Part shown: positions 11,438 through 20,638 of the stretch, one piece after another
Layout: each line of letters opens with the position of its first letter
Numbering within the stretch: the stretch's first letter is position 1
Source: Planctomycetota bacterium
GTDB taxonomy: Bacteria > Planctomycetota > Planctomycetia > Planctomycetales > Planctomycetaceae
Length of the DNA: 64,000 nucleotides
Direction: 5' to 3'
Assembly: GCA_023417655.1 (NCBI GenBank)
Contig: JAEZFD010000052.1
Span: 3,150-67,149, forward strand
Program-made: the position numbers and the translations under genes
The notes under the pieces: model-generated
The model's input: only the letters and a program-made list of their open reading frames with translations
Databases searched by the model: none
Told to the model about the DNA's origin: nothing

Positions 11438-12958
11438 TCAGTATGCAGTTCCGTTCCCGGCCGCGACCCGCTGGGTCTGAGCGACACGTGCAGCCTGCCG
11501 ACGTCGGCGGCGCACACGCAACAACATCAGGAGGCTGATCATCAGGATGATGGCCAGGCCGATCCAAATCGCTCCGTCACCGTATTGAATCCAGTAAAGA
11601 AGGAGCTTCACGTACTCTGACAGAATCAGGAAGGTGCCCGTCTGACTTTTCCACCAGTCTTCAGGGCCAAAGCCATCTGTCGGTACGGAGAGAAAGACGA
11701 ATCGACGGATCGCATCTCCGTAAACATTTTCCAGCGCGATGCGAGCACGACGGGTGTGATAAAAACTCGTGACAACCGCGATTTTGGCCTCGGGGAGATC
11801 CTTCAGAAATTCAACCGCAACTCGGGCATCGTCGACCGTGCTGTCACTCTCACCCGGCAGGATGATGATCTTATCTTCAGGAACCTGCTGCAGCAGGCAG
11901 ATCTTTCGAATCACTTCATGGTTCGGCGGAATGATGTTGTCCAGTTCCTGCGGAGATGGCCTATTTCTTGGAATGAGAATCGCTTTCGCGAGCCCCGCAT
12001 TCACCATCGCCGCCGCGGCAAACGGTCGCGTGTTCTGATCACCAGGCAGAATCAGGATATAGTCCACGGGTACAGGCGAATCGCCGCGCTCGAGCCAGTT
12101 CGCCAGACCGGGAAGCCACCCTCCGGGACGCTGCACTTCCAGTTGTCTGCCGGGATTTTCTGCGATCTTCTTCAGTTCCACCTCGTACTCGGCAGGATCC
12201 CAGCGAACCTCTTTGAGCTCCTGAGTTCCCCCCCTCCACCAACTGTCGCACAGCTGCAGCCATGCGAAGATAACGGTTCGAATTCCGCTCCGCGTTGTCC
12301 ACCAGTCCTCTGGCGCATAGCGCCGATCAGGCAAACCATGAACTGTGGTTCTCTCGCTCAGATCCGACAGCCCTCGGCGGAATTCACCGCTGACCTGACG
12401 GGAACGAAATTCGTCACAGACAAGACAGATCGTCTCTTCCGGATGCTTTTCCAGCCACCACCTCAGTCGAATCGCTGCACTCGTGGGAGCGTCCATCTCG
12501 ACCGGAATGATCTCAGCACCGTCTTCGGGAATCCCCCGACGTTCCAATTCCTGCTTGAACTGGGCAACGTCAGTCTGAACAAGCCCTAGCCGCTGCAGGC
12601 GGTCAGGCTCCGACTGGATCAGCAGGATTTTTCGCTCGGGATTCTCCCGATGAACCTTCGCCGCGAGGTCATAGTTGCCATCCGCATCCCGCCACAGCAG
12701 AAGCGCCCCTGTCTCCGGCAACGGCTGACTGCGCACGAGCCCTTTGCCAATGGCTGTCAGCACCTGCTCATGAAAACTGATCAGCGCAACGAGCAGGATA
12801 AGGGCTGTAACCCAGATCCATCGTCGGCGTCGACGGGGATGTCGCGGAAGATCCAGATTGATCTTCTCAGTTGATGATGCATCCTGATCGACCATGCCCG
12901 CCCCGGATTCTTCCTCAGTCAGCATGTCGACTTGCTGACACAGAATGAAGAGATTCAT
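11438..12958 (-). CDS. YdcF/ElyC/SanA-family (DUF218) membrane protein with two domains
   Basis: C-terminal half: ILILPG, STVDDA, VVTSFYHTRRA, EYVKL. N-terminal half is a degenerate copy. Start may be 12925 or 12895. Confidence 0.8.
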   Translation of the reverse strand: MNLFILCQQVDMLTEEESGAGMVDQDASSTEKINLDLPRHPRRRRRWIWVTALILLVALISFHEQVLTAIGKGLVRSQPLPETGALLLWRDADGNYDLAAKVHRENPERKILLIQSEPDRLQRLGLVQTDVAQFKQELERRGIPEDGAEIIPVEMDAPTSAAIRLRWWLEKHPEETICLVCDEFRSRQVSGEFRRGLSDLSERTTVHGLPDRRYAPEDWWTTRSGIRTVIFAWLQLCDSWWRGGTQELKEVRWDPAEYEVELKKIAENPGRQLEVQRPGGWLPGLANWLERGDSPVPVDYILILPGDQNTRPFAAAAMVNAGLAKAILIPRNRPSPQELDNIIPPNHEVIRKICLLQQVPEDKIIILPGESDSTVDDARVAVEFLKDLPEAKIAVVTSFYHTRRARIALENVYGDAIRRFVFLSVPTDGFGPEDWWKSQTGTFLILSEYVKLLLYWIQYGDGAIWIGLAIILMISLLMLLRVRRRRRQAARVAQTQRVAAGNGTAY

Positions 12959-13083
12959 TTCATGCAGAACTGTGCTGCCTTGCGATTTTCACTTGCGAAG
13001 GACGCCGCGCTCTGCCAGAGAGATTATCGCAAAACTGGGCAGCCTCACCATCCAGTCACCCCGTTGAATGACTGCTTGTCGCG

Positions 13084-13536
13084 TCAGGGGCTGGGTTCTG
13101 CGGCAAATTGAATGGTTTCAAAACCGGCGGCATGGCATGTGTCATAAAGCGTGACGACATCTCCCAGCGGGACTTCAGGCCCGATATCGAAAATGATCGG
13201 ATTCGTCGTATCAAGTTCGGCGAGCGCCTTGAGCTGTGGTTTCAGCTCCTGAATCTGGGGATAGACAGTTCCATTCATGTCGACGGAAGTTTGCTGCGAC
13301 TGCGCATCACGTTGGACTTTCAACCAGATCTCAACTTTCGGGGCCTCGTTGCCTGCCGGGACTGCGTTCTCGTGCTCAACTAATCCCGTCTTTGACAAAG
13401 GAGCCGGCAATAGCAATGCCATCTGTCCCGTCCCCGAGGTCACGACAAAGAACATCAGCAGGAAGAGAACGACGTCAATCATCGACGTCATGGCGCCGAA
13501 TTCATGGTTGCGATGCTGTCCGGATGGGAGTTTCAT
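13084..13536 (-). CDS. exbD: Biopolymer transport protein ExbD/TolR
   Basis: MTSMIDVVLFLLMFFVV TM with the conserved Asp. Overlaps the upstream exbD by 4 nt. Confidence 0.9.
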   Translation of the reverse strand: MKLPSGQHRNHEFGAMTSMIDVVLFLLMFFVVTSGTGQMALLLPAPLSKTGLVEHENAVPAGNEAPKVEIWLKVQRDAQSQQTSVDMNGTVYPQIQELKPQLKALAELDTTNPIIFDIGPEVPLGDVVTLYDTCHAAGFETIQFAAEPSP

Positions 13537-13967
13537 GGTGCTGCCCCCTCAGCGTTACTGTCCTGCAGAACATCAAACCCGAAGTTGGTGACGCCCATCT
13601 TTGCACAGGCCAGCATGATTGGCTCGATGGTACTGAACGGCGCCTGACGGTCTCCCTGCACGCGGACCCAGAGTTCTTCCCCGGCGAGCACCTGTGACTG
13701 CTGAATCATCTCCTGAATCTCATCAGTGGTGACCGGCTGGCCGGCGACGCGGTATCCGCCATCGCTCATCACACGGATGACAATCCGGTGCGGCGGATCG
13801 TCCGGCTTCCCCCGACTCGCGATTGGGAGATCGATTCCCTCAGCAGGTTGTCCCTGACTGAAGTGCGAGATCACCAGAAAGAAGATCACCAGATTGAACA
13901 CGACGTCGATCAACGGCGTCAGATTCACCTGTGTGAGGAGTCTGCGATTAGACTGGGGGAGTCGCAT
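13533..13967 (-). CDS. exbD: Biopolymer transport protein ExbD/TolR
   Basis: NLTPLIDVVFNLVIFFLV, IDLP, VQGDRQAPF. Confidence 0.9.
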   Translation of the reverse strand: MRLPQSNRRLLTQVNLTPLIDVVFNLVIFFLVISHFSQGQPAEGIDLPIASRGKPDDPPHRIVIRVMSDGGYRVAGQPVTTDEIQEMIQQSQVLAGEELWVRVQGDRQAPFSTIEPIMLACAKMGVTNFGFDVLQDSNAEGAAP

Positions 13968-14009
13968 GGGAATCAGCAAAAAGAGAGCGAACCATCAACC
14001 GTGAGGAAC

Positions 14010-14852
14010 TCAGACTCGAGGCCGCGCTGACTCCGCAGGGAGATCGGGCTTCTTTCGCTTCCGCTGAGTGGCGACGAGCCGCTCAGACAACAGTGCGGCT
14101 TCCGCGACGAACTCGTCGGTCCGATTGCGGAACCACGCATGCGCGGACATCGCCGGGATCGCAACGACCAGACCGAACAGTGTCGTGACCAGTGCTTCTG
14201 AGATCGAAGGGGCAAAATCGCTGGGGCTCGGGTTGGCTTTTTCGGCGAATTCAGCAAAGGCCTGAATCATCCCCCAGACCGTTCCTGTCAGTCCCATCAT
14301 TGGAGCCACTGCTCCAATCACCGAGAGATAATCCACCTTTCGAGCCAGTCTTGCCGCGAACTCCTGAGCGGTGTCTTCCATCGCCTTTTCAGCGGCTTCA
14401 TAGCCATATTGCAGCGACTGCAATCCGGCGAGGGTGATCGCCGACAGCAGACAGGGACGCTGGCGGCAGGTCTGTTCCGCCTGAGCCAGTTGCCCGGAGG
14501 TCAGTTGTTTCTGCAGATCGATCGCGAGCATCTGGGGAAGAAGCGTTTCCCGGCGGATACTCAGCAAATGCTCGATCATCATCGCGACCATGGCAACACT
14601 GAGTGCCATCGTGAGATACCCGATCAGCCCTCCGGCATGCAGCAGCGCGCGAGGGTTCAGTCGGCCTCCTTCGAAGACGCCTCCCGCAGCAAAGACTGAC
14701 TGCGGCGCGGCCGCGACCAGCGACACAACGATGATCAATAGCAGCCAACGACGAAGTGAACTCAAGTGATCCTCCCTGAACCAGCCTTCATTCCGCAGAA
14801 CCGCCTGCTCTTTGGAATTACTCTCAATTTCATGCACGAACGTCCGCCGCAC
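14010..14852 (-). CDS. exbB: MotA/TolQ/ExbB proton channel protein
   Basis: APMMGLTGTVWGMIQAF and ISEALVTTLFGLVVAIPA. Start uncertain. Confidence 0.9.
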   Translation of the reverse strand: MRRTFVHEIESNSKEQAVLRNEGWFREDHLSSLRRWLLLIIVVSLVAAAPQSVFAAGGVFEGGRLNPRALLHAGGLIGYLTMALSVAMVAMMIEHLLSIRRETLLPQMLAIDLQKQLTSGQLAQAEQTCRQRPCLLSAITLAGLQSLQYGYEAAEKAMEDTAQEFAARLARKVDYLSVIGAVAPMMGLTGTVWGMIQAFAEFAEKANPSPSDFAPSISEALVTTLFGLVVAIPAMSAHAWFRNRTDEFVAEAALLSERLVATQRKRKKPDLPAESARPRV

Positions 14853-14923
14853 GATTCATCGTCACCATACCTGTGTCGACGAACCGCTTCCCCAGCAAGT
14901 GTCATCTCTGGGGCATGTTGCCT

Positions 14924-15985
14924 CTATGGGGATTCTCTTCCGGACGGCGGGGTCGCCTGATCGACGAGCCGGGTTCTGGCGAGCGCGGCATCCCGTGACC
15001 AGGGATAACGGACGATCAGCTCACGATACAAATTCCCGGCTTCAGTGTTGAGACCGGTTCGCTGAAGGTTTTCAGCTGCGGTAAAAAAACCTCGTGCGGC
15101 CAGTGGCTCGTTATTTGAATAAACGAATGGAAGCCAGAGAGCTTCCGAGGCACAGGCCCTCGCTTCGCCCCGAATCTCGAAACCGAGTGCATAGAGATAC
15201 TGTGGCCCCGGCCGAAGGTCCTGCGGCAGACGATTGATGTCGTCCCACCAGCTCTGCAATGTGGTCTCATGGACCTGTCGTGAGGCGAGTTGCAGTCGCC
15301 ACAACTGAGCTTTGGCATACCCTGAGATCACCGGGTGGAGATCCCGCGATAAGGCATTGAGCTTCCGTTCCGCGGCTTCGCCATGAGCGGGATCCATGAG
15401 TAACAGACTGGCGGCGAGCAGTTGCTCCCCCGGATTCCCAGTTGTCAGGACCGGGACCATTTCACTCTTCAAGGTGTCAGAGACCAACTGCGGAGACCAG
15501 ATGAGTGGGGCAAGACCCCAGTGCCGTGTCTCGAGATCCGTCTGCAGAATGAACCGAAAATCCCGGACAGCGTTTCCAAGATCTTCAAGACGAAGATCCG
15601 CCTGCACAATCAGGGCGGTCAGCTCACGGTCGACCCAGGCGCGAGGTTCCCGTTCGACTGCCCGTCGCAGGAGCGGAAGTGCCTCACGAGTTTCACCCCG
15701 CTGGAAATGCTCAAGGGCCTTCAAATGCTCCGGCTGATAACCCGTCTCGATTTGTTTGACCCGTTGCGAGGGAATTCGCACGGTATTGACCCCGCCGCGT
15801 AGCGTCAGATGCGTTCCGGTGAAATCCAGAATCTCGCCATGTTCCGTGACCGGTTTGCTGGCACCTTCAGGCGTATGTGTCACACGATCCTGAGCAGTCA
15901 CCGGCCCGCCCGCTAACAGCAGGAACGTCACCATCAGAGATGGCGTCAGCAGGACCTGAGTCGGAATGGAACTCCGGCGTCTCAT
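14924..15985 (-). CDS. Secreted TPR-like helical-repeat protein
   Basis: Signal peptide. Beta-rich N-domain (HGEILDFTGTHLTL) followed by helical repeats ending AGNLYRELIVRYPWS (CpoB/BamD-like TPR end). Confidence 0.7.
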   Translation of the reverse strand: MRRRSSIPTQVLLTPSLMVTFLLLAGGPVTAQDRVTHTPEGASKPVTEHGEILDFTGTHLTLRGGVNTVRIPSQRVKQIETGYQPEHLKALEHFQRGETREALPLLRRAVEREPRAWVDRELTALIVQADLRLEDLGNAVRDFRFILQTDLETRHWGLAPLIWSPQLVSDTLKSEMVPVLTTGNPGEQLLAASLLLMDPAHGEAAERKLNALSRDLHPVISGYAKAQLWRLQLASRQVHETTLQSWWDDINRLPQDLRPGPQYLYALGFEIRGEARACASEALWLPFVYSNNEPLAARGFFTAAENLQRTGLNTEAGNLYRELIVRYPWSRDAALARTRLVDQATPPSGRESP

Positions 15986-15987
15986 AT

Positions 15988-16629
15988 TCAGCTTTCAGGA
16001 GTCGCCACACTCATTCGGGCAAGCGGCGGTTCCGCATCGGGTGATTTCGTTCCCCCGGCCTCCGACTTCTTCAGTGCGTCGGCGGGCGCGGAGTCTTTCA
16101 CAAAAAGCAGCGGCAGAATCAAAAAGAATCCGAGCGTGATCGCCATATCCGCGACATTGAAGATCCCGGTCCGCAGATCGCCGATTCCGAGATTCAGAAA
16201 GTCAATAACATATCGGAAGCGAACGCGGTCGATGAGGTTCCCGAGTCCTCCTGCAACGACGAGCGCCAGCGGAAGAAAGTTCATCAGTGCCATCCGCCGA
16301 GGAAGCAGCAGTCCGAAGGCGAAAGCGATCAGCACGAACCCGTTGGAAACAGTCAAAATCCAAAAACGGACTTCCGGGGGAGTATCTGCGAGCAGACTCA
16401 GGAATGCCCCGTGATTCTCGGCATATTCAATCCGGAAGAGGTCGCCAAAGAAAATCTGAGGCGGCTCTCCCTTCCAGTGTTTCACTGCATAGAGCTTTGA
16501 AGCCTGATCCACGCCGACCGTCAGCACGATCAATGCCACCAGACTCTGGAGACGGGCCCAGCGAGACAATGCCGGACCGATCCCAATCGAGCGTCTGGCG
16601 TCTGCGGGGCTGGTGGCTTGAGATTCCAT
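15988..16629 (-). CDS. lspA: Lipoprotein signal peptidase II
   Basis: DQASK, NHGAFLS, GGLGNLIDR, VIDF, FNVAD. Confidence 0.95.
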   Translation of the reverse strand: MESQATSPADARRSIGIGPALSRWARLQSLVALIVLTVGVDQASKLYAVKHWKGEPPQIFFGDLFRIEYAENHGAFLSLLADTPPEVRFWILTVSNGFVLIAFAFGLLLPRRMALMNFLPLALVVAGGLGNLIDRVRFRYVIDFLNLGIGDLRTGIFNVADMAITLGFFLILPLLFVKDSAPADALKKSEAGGTKSPDAEPPLARMSVATPES

Positions 16630-16686
16630 GATCCTGAGTCCATTTCATCGTTGAGCAGCTTCCGCATCCGAGCGGCAGCAGAGTCA

Positions 16687-17769
16687 TCAGTTATCCAGAC
16701 CGGGTGTCGAAATCGTTTCCCGATTCGTCAGCACTGTTGATGTATTTCGGAAAACGTAACGACCCTGGTTCTGTCGGGACAACTTCATCAAGAAATTTGC
16801 TTCCGGAACCAGTGGAGAACGATCTCCGGTTCCAAACTCGATGCAGTGAATAATCGTTCCCCCGCGATTGTAGCGTTGGATCATATCGAGATCCCGAGCT
16901 TCCAGAACGGACTCGGCAGCGCCGTCCGTGAGCAGAAACAAGACGTCGGGGTTGAATTTAAGGGCTTCGAGAATTGCTGGGAGATGATGAGTTCCCTGCG
17001 CCGGCGTGATATCGCGGATCTGTTCCGTCACCCGGAGCCGATGTGCATCGGTTCCCTGAAACACATTGAACCTGCTTCCCCGAGTGTCGAGGACGTGGAC
17101 ACCTTGGTTGTAGAAAATCACCTGAAACTGCTGTGAAGAATCCAGTCGCTGCAGACTGGAAAGCAGTTCGACCTTGGCGGCTTGCAGGGCCTTGTTCGTC
17201 GCCATGCTGGACGAGCGATCGATCACGTAGACAAATCGCTTCCCAACGGCATCAACTCCGAGAAAGGACGTTCCGGCCGACCCGGACGCTGGCGGACCCC
17301 CGATTCCCTCTCCCCGACCTGAACCTTGAAGCCGCGAGTCATTCAGGACGCTCGGCTTGATCAATTGTTGCAGGTGAGGTGACCCCGCGTCGGAGAGCGC
17401 AGGACCAATTCCCATCACAGGAGTCGACAAAACCGGGGCCGGAAAGTTCATCGTCGACGGAAACGGGATCTCAGCGGAAGGTGGAGTCACGGCAGCCAGT
17501 GACTCCATCGGAGCCGGTGCGGGAGTGGATTCTCCCGTGGCCTCGGCAGTCCCCTCAGACTTCATTCGGATACCGACATCGCGGAAGTGGTCTCCGTTAT
17601 CGCCGGGGAAATCGCCCCGCGGAGCCGGTGCCTTCCAGAAAATCAGCAGCAGGAGAATGAGAGTTCCATGCAGCAATAATGAGCATGCCCAGCTCGGAAT
17701 AGCCATCCAGTTCCTCAGCACGTCCGCGAAACGGACGGTCGAAGCTGGAGGTGATTCGGAAACGGACAT
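16687..17769 (-). CDS. Single-TM, Pro-rich linker, vWA domain protein
   Basis: TM CSLLLHGTLILLLLIFW, Pro/Gly-rich linker, MIDAS motif VYVIDRSSSM...GT...FLLTDG. Confidence 0.85.
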   Translation of the reverse strand: MSVSESPPASTVRFADVLRNWMAIPSWACSLLLHGTLILLLLIFWKAPAPRGDFPGDNGDHFRDVGIRMKSEGTAEATGESTPAPAPMESLAAVTPPSAEIPFPSTMNFPAPVLSTPVMGIGPALSDAGSPHLQQLIKPSVLNDSRLQGSGRGEGIGGPPASGSAGTSFLGVDAVGKRFVYVIDRSSSMATNKALQAAKVELLSSLQRLDSSQQFQVIFYNQGVHVLDTRGSRFNVFQGTDAHRLRVTEQIRDITPAQGTHHLPAILEALKFNPDVLFLLTDGAAESVLEARDLDMIQRYNRGGTIIHCIEFGTGDRSPLVPEANFLMKLSRQNQGRYVFRNTSTVLTNRETISTPGLDN

Positions 17770-17916
17770 GCAGGAACTCTTTTCAGCAGTTGCTCTCCTC
17801 TTCCAGGAACGCAGCCGCTTCATTCAGAAATTCGGATCACCTGCATTTTATGCCCCGTCAGAAAAGGGGGTCAATGCGTTCTCAACGAGCCGCCTCTCTG
17901 ACACTTCGGGTAACGG

Positions 17917-18375
17917 TCACTCCGAATCCGAGGGATCTTGCGGCGCTGGGGGCGGTTCTCCGGGAAACAGGAGCGCACACCGACCGCCTCGGGCTCGGAG
18001 CCAGTTCAGGCAATGGTGGACCGATGGCATTCTCAACATCCGCTGCTGCATTTTCCGCTTGCCAGGCAGATCCACCAGCACCAGGCCGATCAACAGCCAC
18101 GGCATCCCAGGTCCGGGGAAAACTACGAAAATCAGCCCGATTCCCAGCAGGATGTAACCAATGACATTCCGAAAGCCGACCCAGATCAGATGTACCATCG
18201 GATGTCGGGAATGCGGTCGTTTCCCTGATCTCAGAAAGAAATCCTCGGGAAGCAGGCAGATAATCAGCCACAGCATCCCAAATGCAATGACGCTGGACAC
18301 CAGAATGGTGATCACCCACCAGGCGACGGCATTGAGTTCAGGGCTTGCGAACAATGCAGGAAGTCGGCTCCACAT
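17917..18375 (-). CDS. PGPGW-type small membrane protein
   Basis: Hydrophobic segments with LPEDFF, FPGPGMPW, DLPGKRK. Confidence 0.75.
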   Translation of the reverse strand: MWSRLPALFASPELNAVAWWVITILVSSVIAFGMLWLIICLLPEDFFLRSGKRPHSRHPMVHLIWVGFRNVIGYILLGIGLIFVVFPGPGMPWLLIGLVLVDLPGKRKMQQRMLRMPSVHHCLNWLRARGGRCALLFPGEPPPAPQDPSDSE

Positions 18376-18623
18376 CGCGACTGACGGTCCTTCTTTCCTC
18401 TGCCAAACGTCCTAACTATTGTATTGACAGAGGGATGTTGTTTCTTGTCAACTTCCTGCCCAGTCCGGCGATTCTCCGCTATTCTACGAGTCAGCCGCTG
18501 CACCGGGCCGGGAAATTGTGACCATTCCTGACAGGATCGTCTATATCCCCGCACGGCGAAGCCGCCGGGAATCGAGATCGAGCGGACAGATGCATTCGTG
18601 CCGCAGGAAACTGGAGTTTTGAA

Positions 18624-20426
18624 GTGCCGATTATCAGTGTGGAAGGCGAATGGCTGAATCAACTGCTGGGACGAACGTACCCTGTGGAGGAGCTCGCCGA
18701 TTCTCTCGAGCAGATTGGCTGTGACGTCGACGACGTGCTGGAAATCGACCGGTTTCGCTGCCCGAAGTGCCAGAATATCGTCGAGGCGTCTCTCGGGGCG
18801 GAAGTCACAAACCGCTGCACGTGGTGTGAATACGAACAACCGGCCAGCTTCGAACACATTGGCCGCAGCACCGTCATTCGGCTGGATCTCCTCGCCGCCC
18901 GCCCGGATCTGTTCGATGTCGGGGGGATCGCCCGCGCCTTGAAAGGGTACCTCGGTCTCGTTGAAGGGTTGCCGGAATATACTGTCACGGCTTCTCCGGT
19001 TCAGATCACCGTCGACGCCTCTGTTGATAGTGACGATTGCCAGCGACCATTTATCAGCTGTGCCGTCGTGGAAATGCCGGAACTCAGCGACGTCACCCTT
19101 GTTTCCCTGATGAAACTTCAGGAAACCCTGCACTGGGGGGTTGGCCGCGACCGCAAACTGGCGTCAATCGGAGTCTATGACCTCGACACGATTCAGTCAC
19201 CAATCCGTTACACCACGATCGACCCGGACAAAGATCAGTTCGAACCGCTCGGGCGCGCCGGCGAACCCATGTCCGGTCGCGAGATTCTGGAAAAGCACCC
19301 AAAGGGAATCGGCTACGCCCGACTGCTGGCAAATCATAAGCGGTTCCCGGTCCTGATGGACGCCAAGGGAACCATCTTGTCGATGCCGCCAATCATCAAC
19401 AGCGAATCGACGAAAGTGACGCTGAAGTCACGTCGGCTTCTGGTCGACGTGACCGGCATCAGTCTGTCGGCCGTGGTGAAGTCCCTGGACACCTTTGTTT
19501 CCTCAATGATCGAACTCGGGGGACAGGCGCAGACGGTCGAAATCATTGACTCCAAAGGTCAGAAACTGACGTCGCCGGATCTTTCGCCACGGACCATGGA
19601 GATTGAGTTGCCCGCCGCCAAACGCTGGCTCGGGTTACCGCTCGACGGCACGAGTCTCGTCAAATCGCTGCAGCGGATGCGGCTGGATGCCCGACCTGTC
19701 TCCGGGCATTCCGATCGGTTTGAAGTCCGTTACCCCGCCCTGCGGACCGATTTCAAACATATGGTTGACGTGTTCGAAGATCTGGCTATCGGCTTCGGAT
19801 ACAAGAACATCGTGCCCAGTCTTGCCAGTCAGGCGACGACCGGTCAGGGACGTCCGGAAGAAGTGGCTAGCGAACCGGTTCGCAGTGTTCTCCTCGGTCT
19901 GGGGTACTCGGAAATCATGAGTCTCCCCATGACAACTGAGGAACTCCACTTCACCAAGTTCCGGATGCCGGTTCCCGAGCATTACGCCCGGATCGCCAAT
20001 CCCAAACTGAAGGCGATGACGGTCGTCCGTTCTCACCTGATGACCGGACTCATGGAGCATCTTCGGGAAAACCGTCGGGCTCCGCTGCCAATTCAGTTCT
20101 TCGAACTCGACAACGTCACGATTCTTGACCCGGCCGCAGAAACCGGCGCGCGAGAAGAGCGTCATCTCGGAATCGTCGTGATGGGCCGCGAGGCGAGTTA
20201 TGCCTCACTTCGGTCAGTCGTCGATGCCCTGCTTTACGAACTCCAGCTCTCCGGGAACTATGCGGCAATTGATCATCCGTCGTTCATCCCCGGGCGTGTG
20301 GCGAACGTCATTACCGGCGGGGAGGTCTCCGGCTTCCTCGGGGAACTGCACCCGGAAGTAATTCTGGAATTTGGACTGGATCACCCCGTCGCCATTGCCG
20401 ACCTCAAAATCCTGAATGTCGAATAA
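18624..20426 (+). CDS. pheT: Phenylalanine-tRNA ligase beta subunit (archaeal/eukaryote-type architecture)
   Basis: RPDL, LQETLH, RDRKLASIGVYDLD, LSMPPIINS, RTDFKHMVDVFEDLAIGFGY, GELHPEV. GTG start with GGAG RBS. Confidence 0.92.
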   Translation: MPIISVEGEWLNQLLGRTYPVEELADSLEQIGCDVDDVLEIDRFRCPKCQNIVEASLGAEVTNRCTWCEYEQPASFEHIGRSTVIRLDLLAARPDLFDVGGIARALKGYLGLVEGLPEYTVTASPVQITVDASVDSDDCQRPFISCAVVEMPELSDVTLVSLMKLQETLHWGVGRDRKLASIGVYDLDTIQSPIRYTTIDPDKDQFEPLGRAGEPMSGREILEKHPKGIGYARLLANHKRFPVLMDAKGTILSMPPIINSESTKVTLKSRRLLVDVTGISLSAVVKSLDTFVSSMIELGGQAQTVEIIDSKGQKLTSPDLSPRTMEIELPAAKRWLGLPLDGTSLVKSLQRMRLDARPVSGHSDRFEVRYPALRTDFKHMVDVFEDLAIGFGYKNIVPSLASQATTGQGRPEEVASEPVRSVLLGLGYSEIMSLPMTTEELHFTKFRMPVPEHYARIANPKLKAMTVVRSHLMTGLMEHLRENRRAPLPIQFFELDNVTILDPAAETGAREERHLGIVVMGREASYASLRSVVDALLYELQLSGNYAAIDHPSFIPGRVANVITGGEVSGFLGELHPEVILEFGLDHPVAIADLKILNVE

Positions 20427-20638
20427 GGACTTCCCGCGGAATTTTGCCTGAACCTGATTTCATCCAGGATTGTCGTCTTGGCAGCCCTCTATCATGCGTA
20501 AAATAACGAGTGAAGACAGCTTGGATTCGACTCATCGAGGAGATCTGCTTTTGCGGGTCTTTCCTCGTGAGTTCCCGGCAATCTTCATAACTGCCGAAAA
20601 ATACTGCTCAATAGTAAATCAAGAATAAGGAGCCCGGC

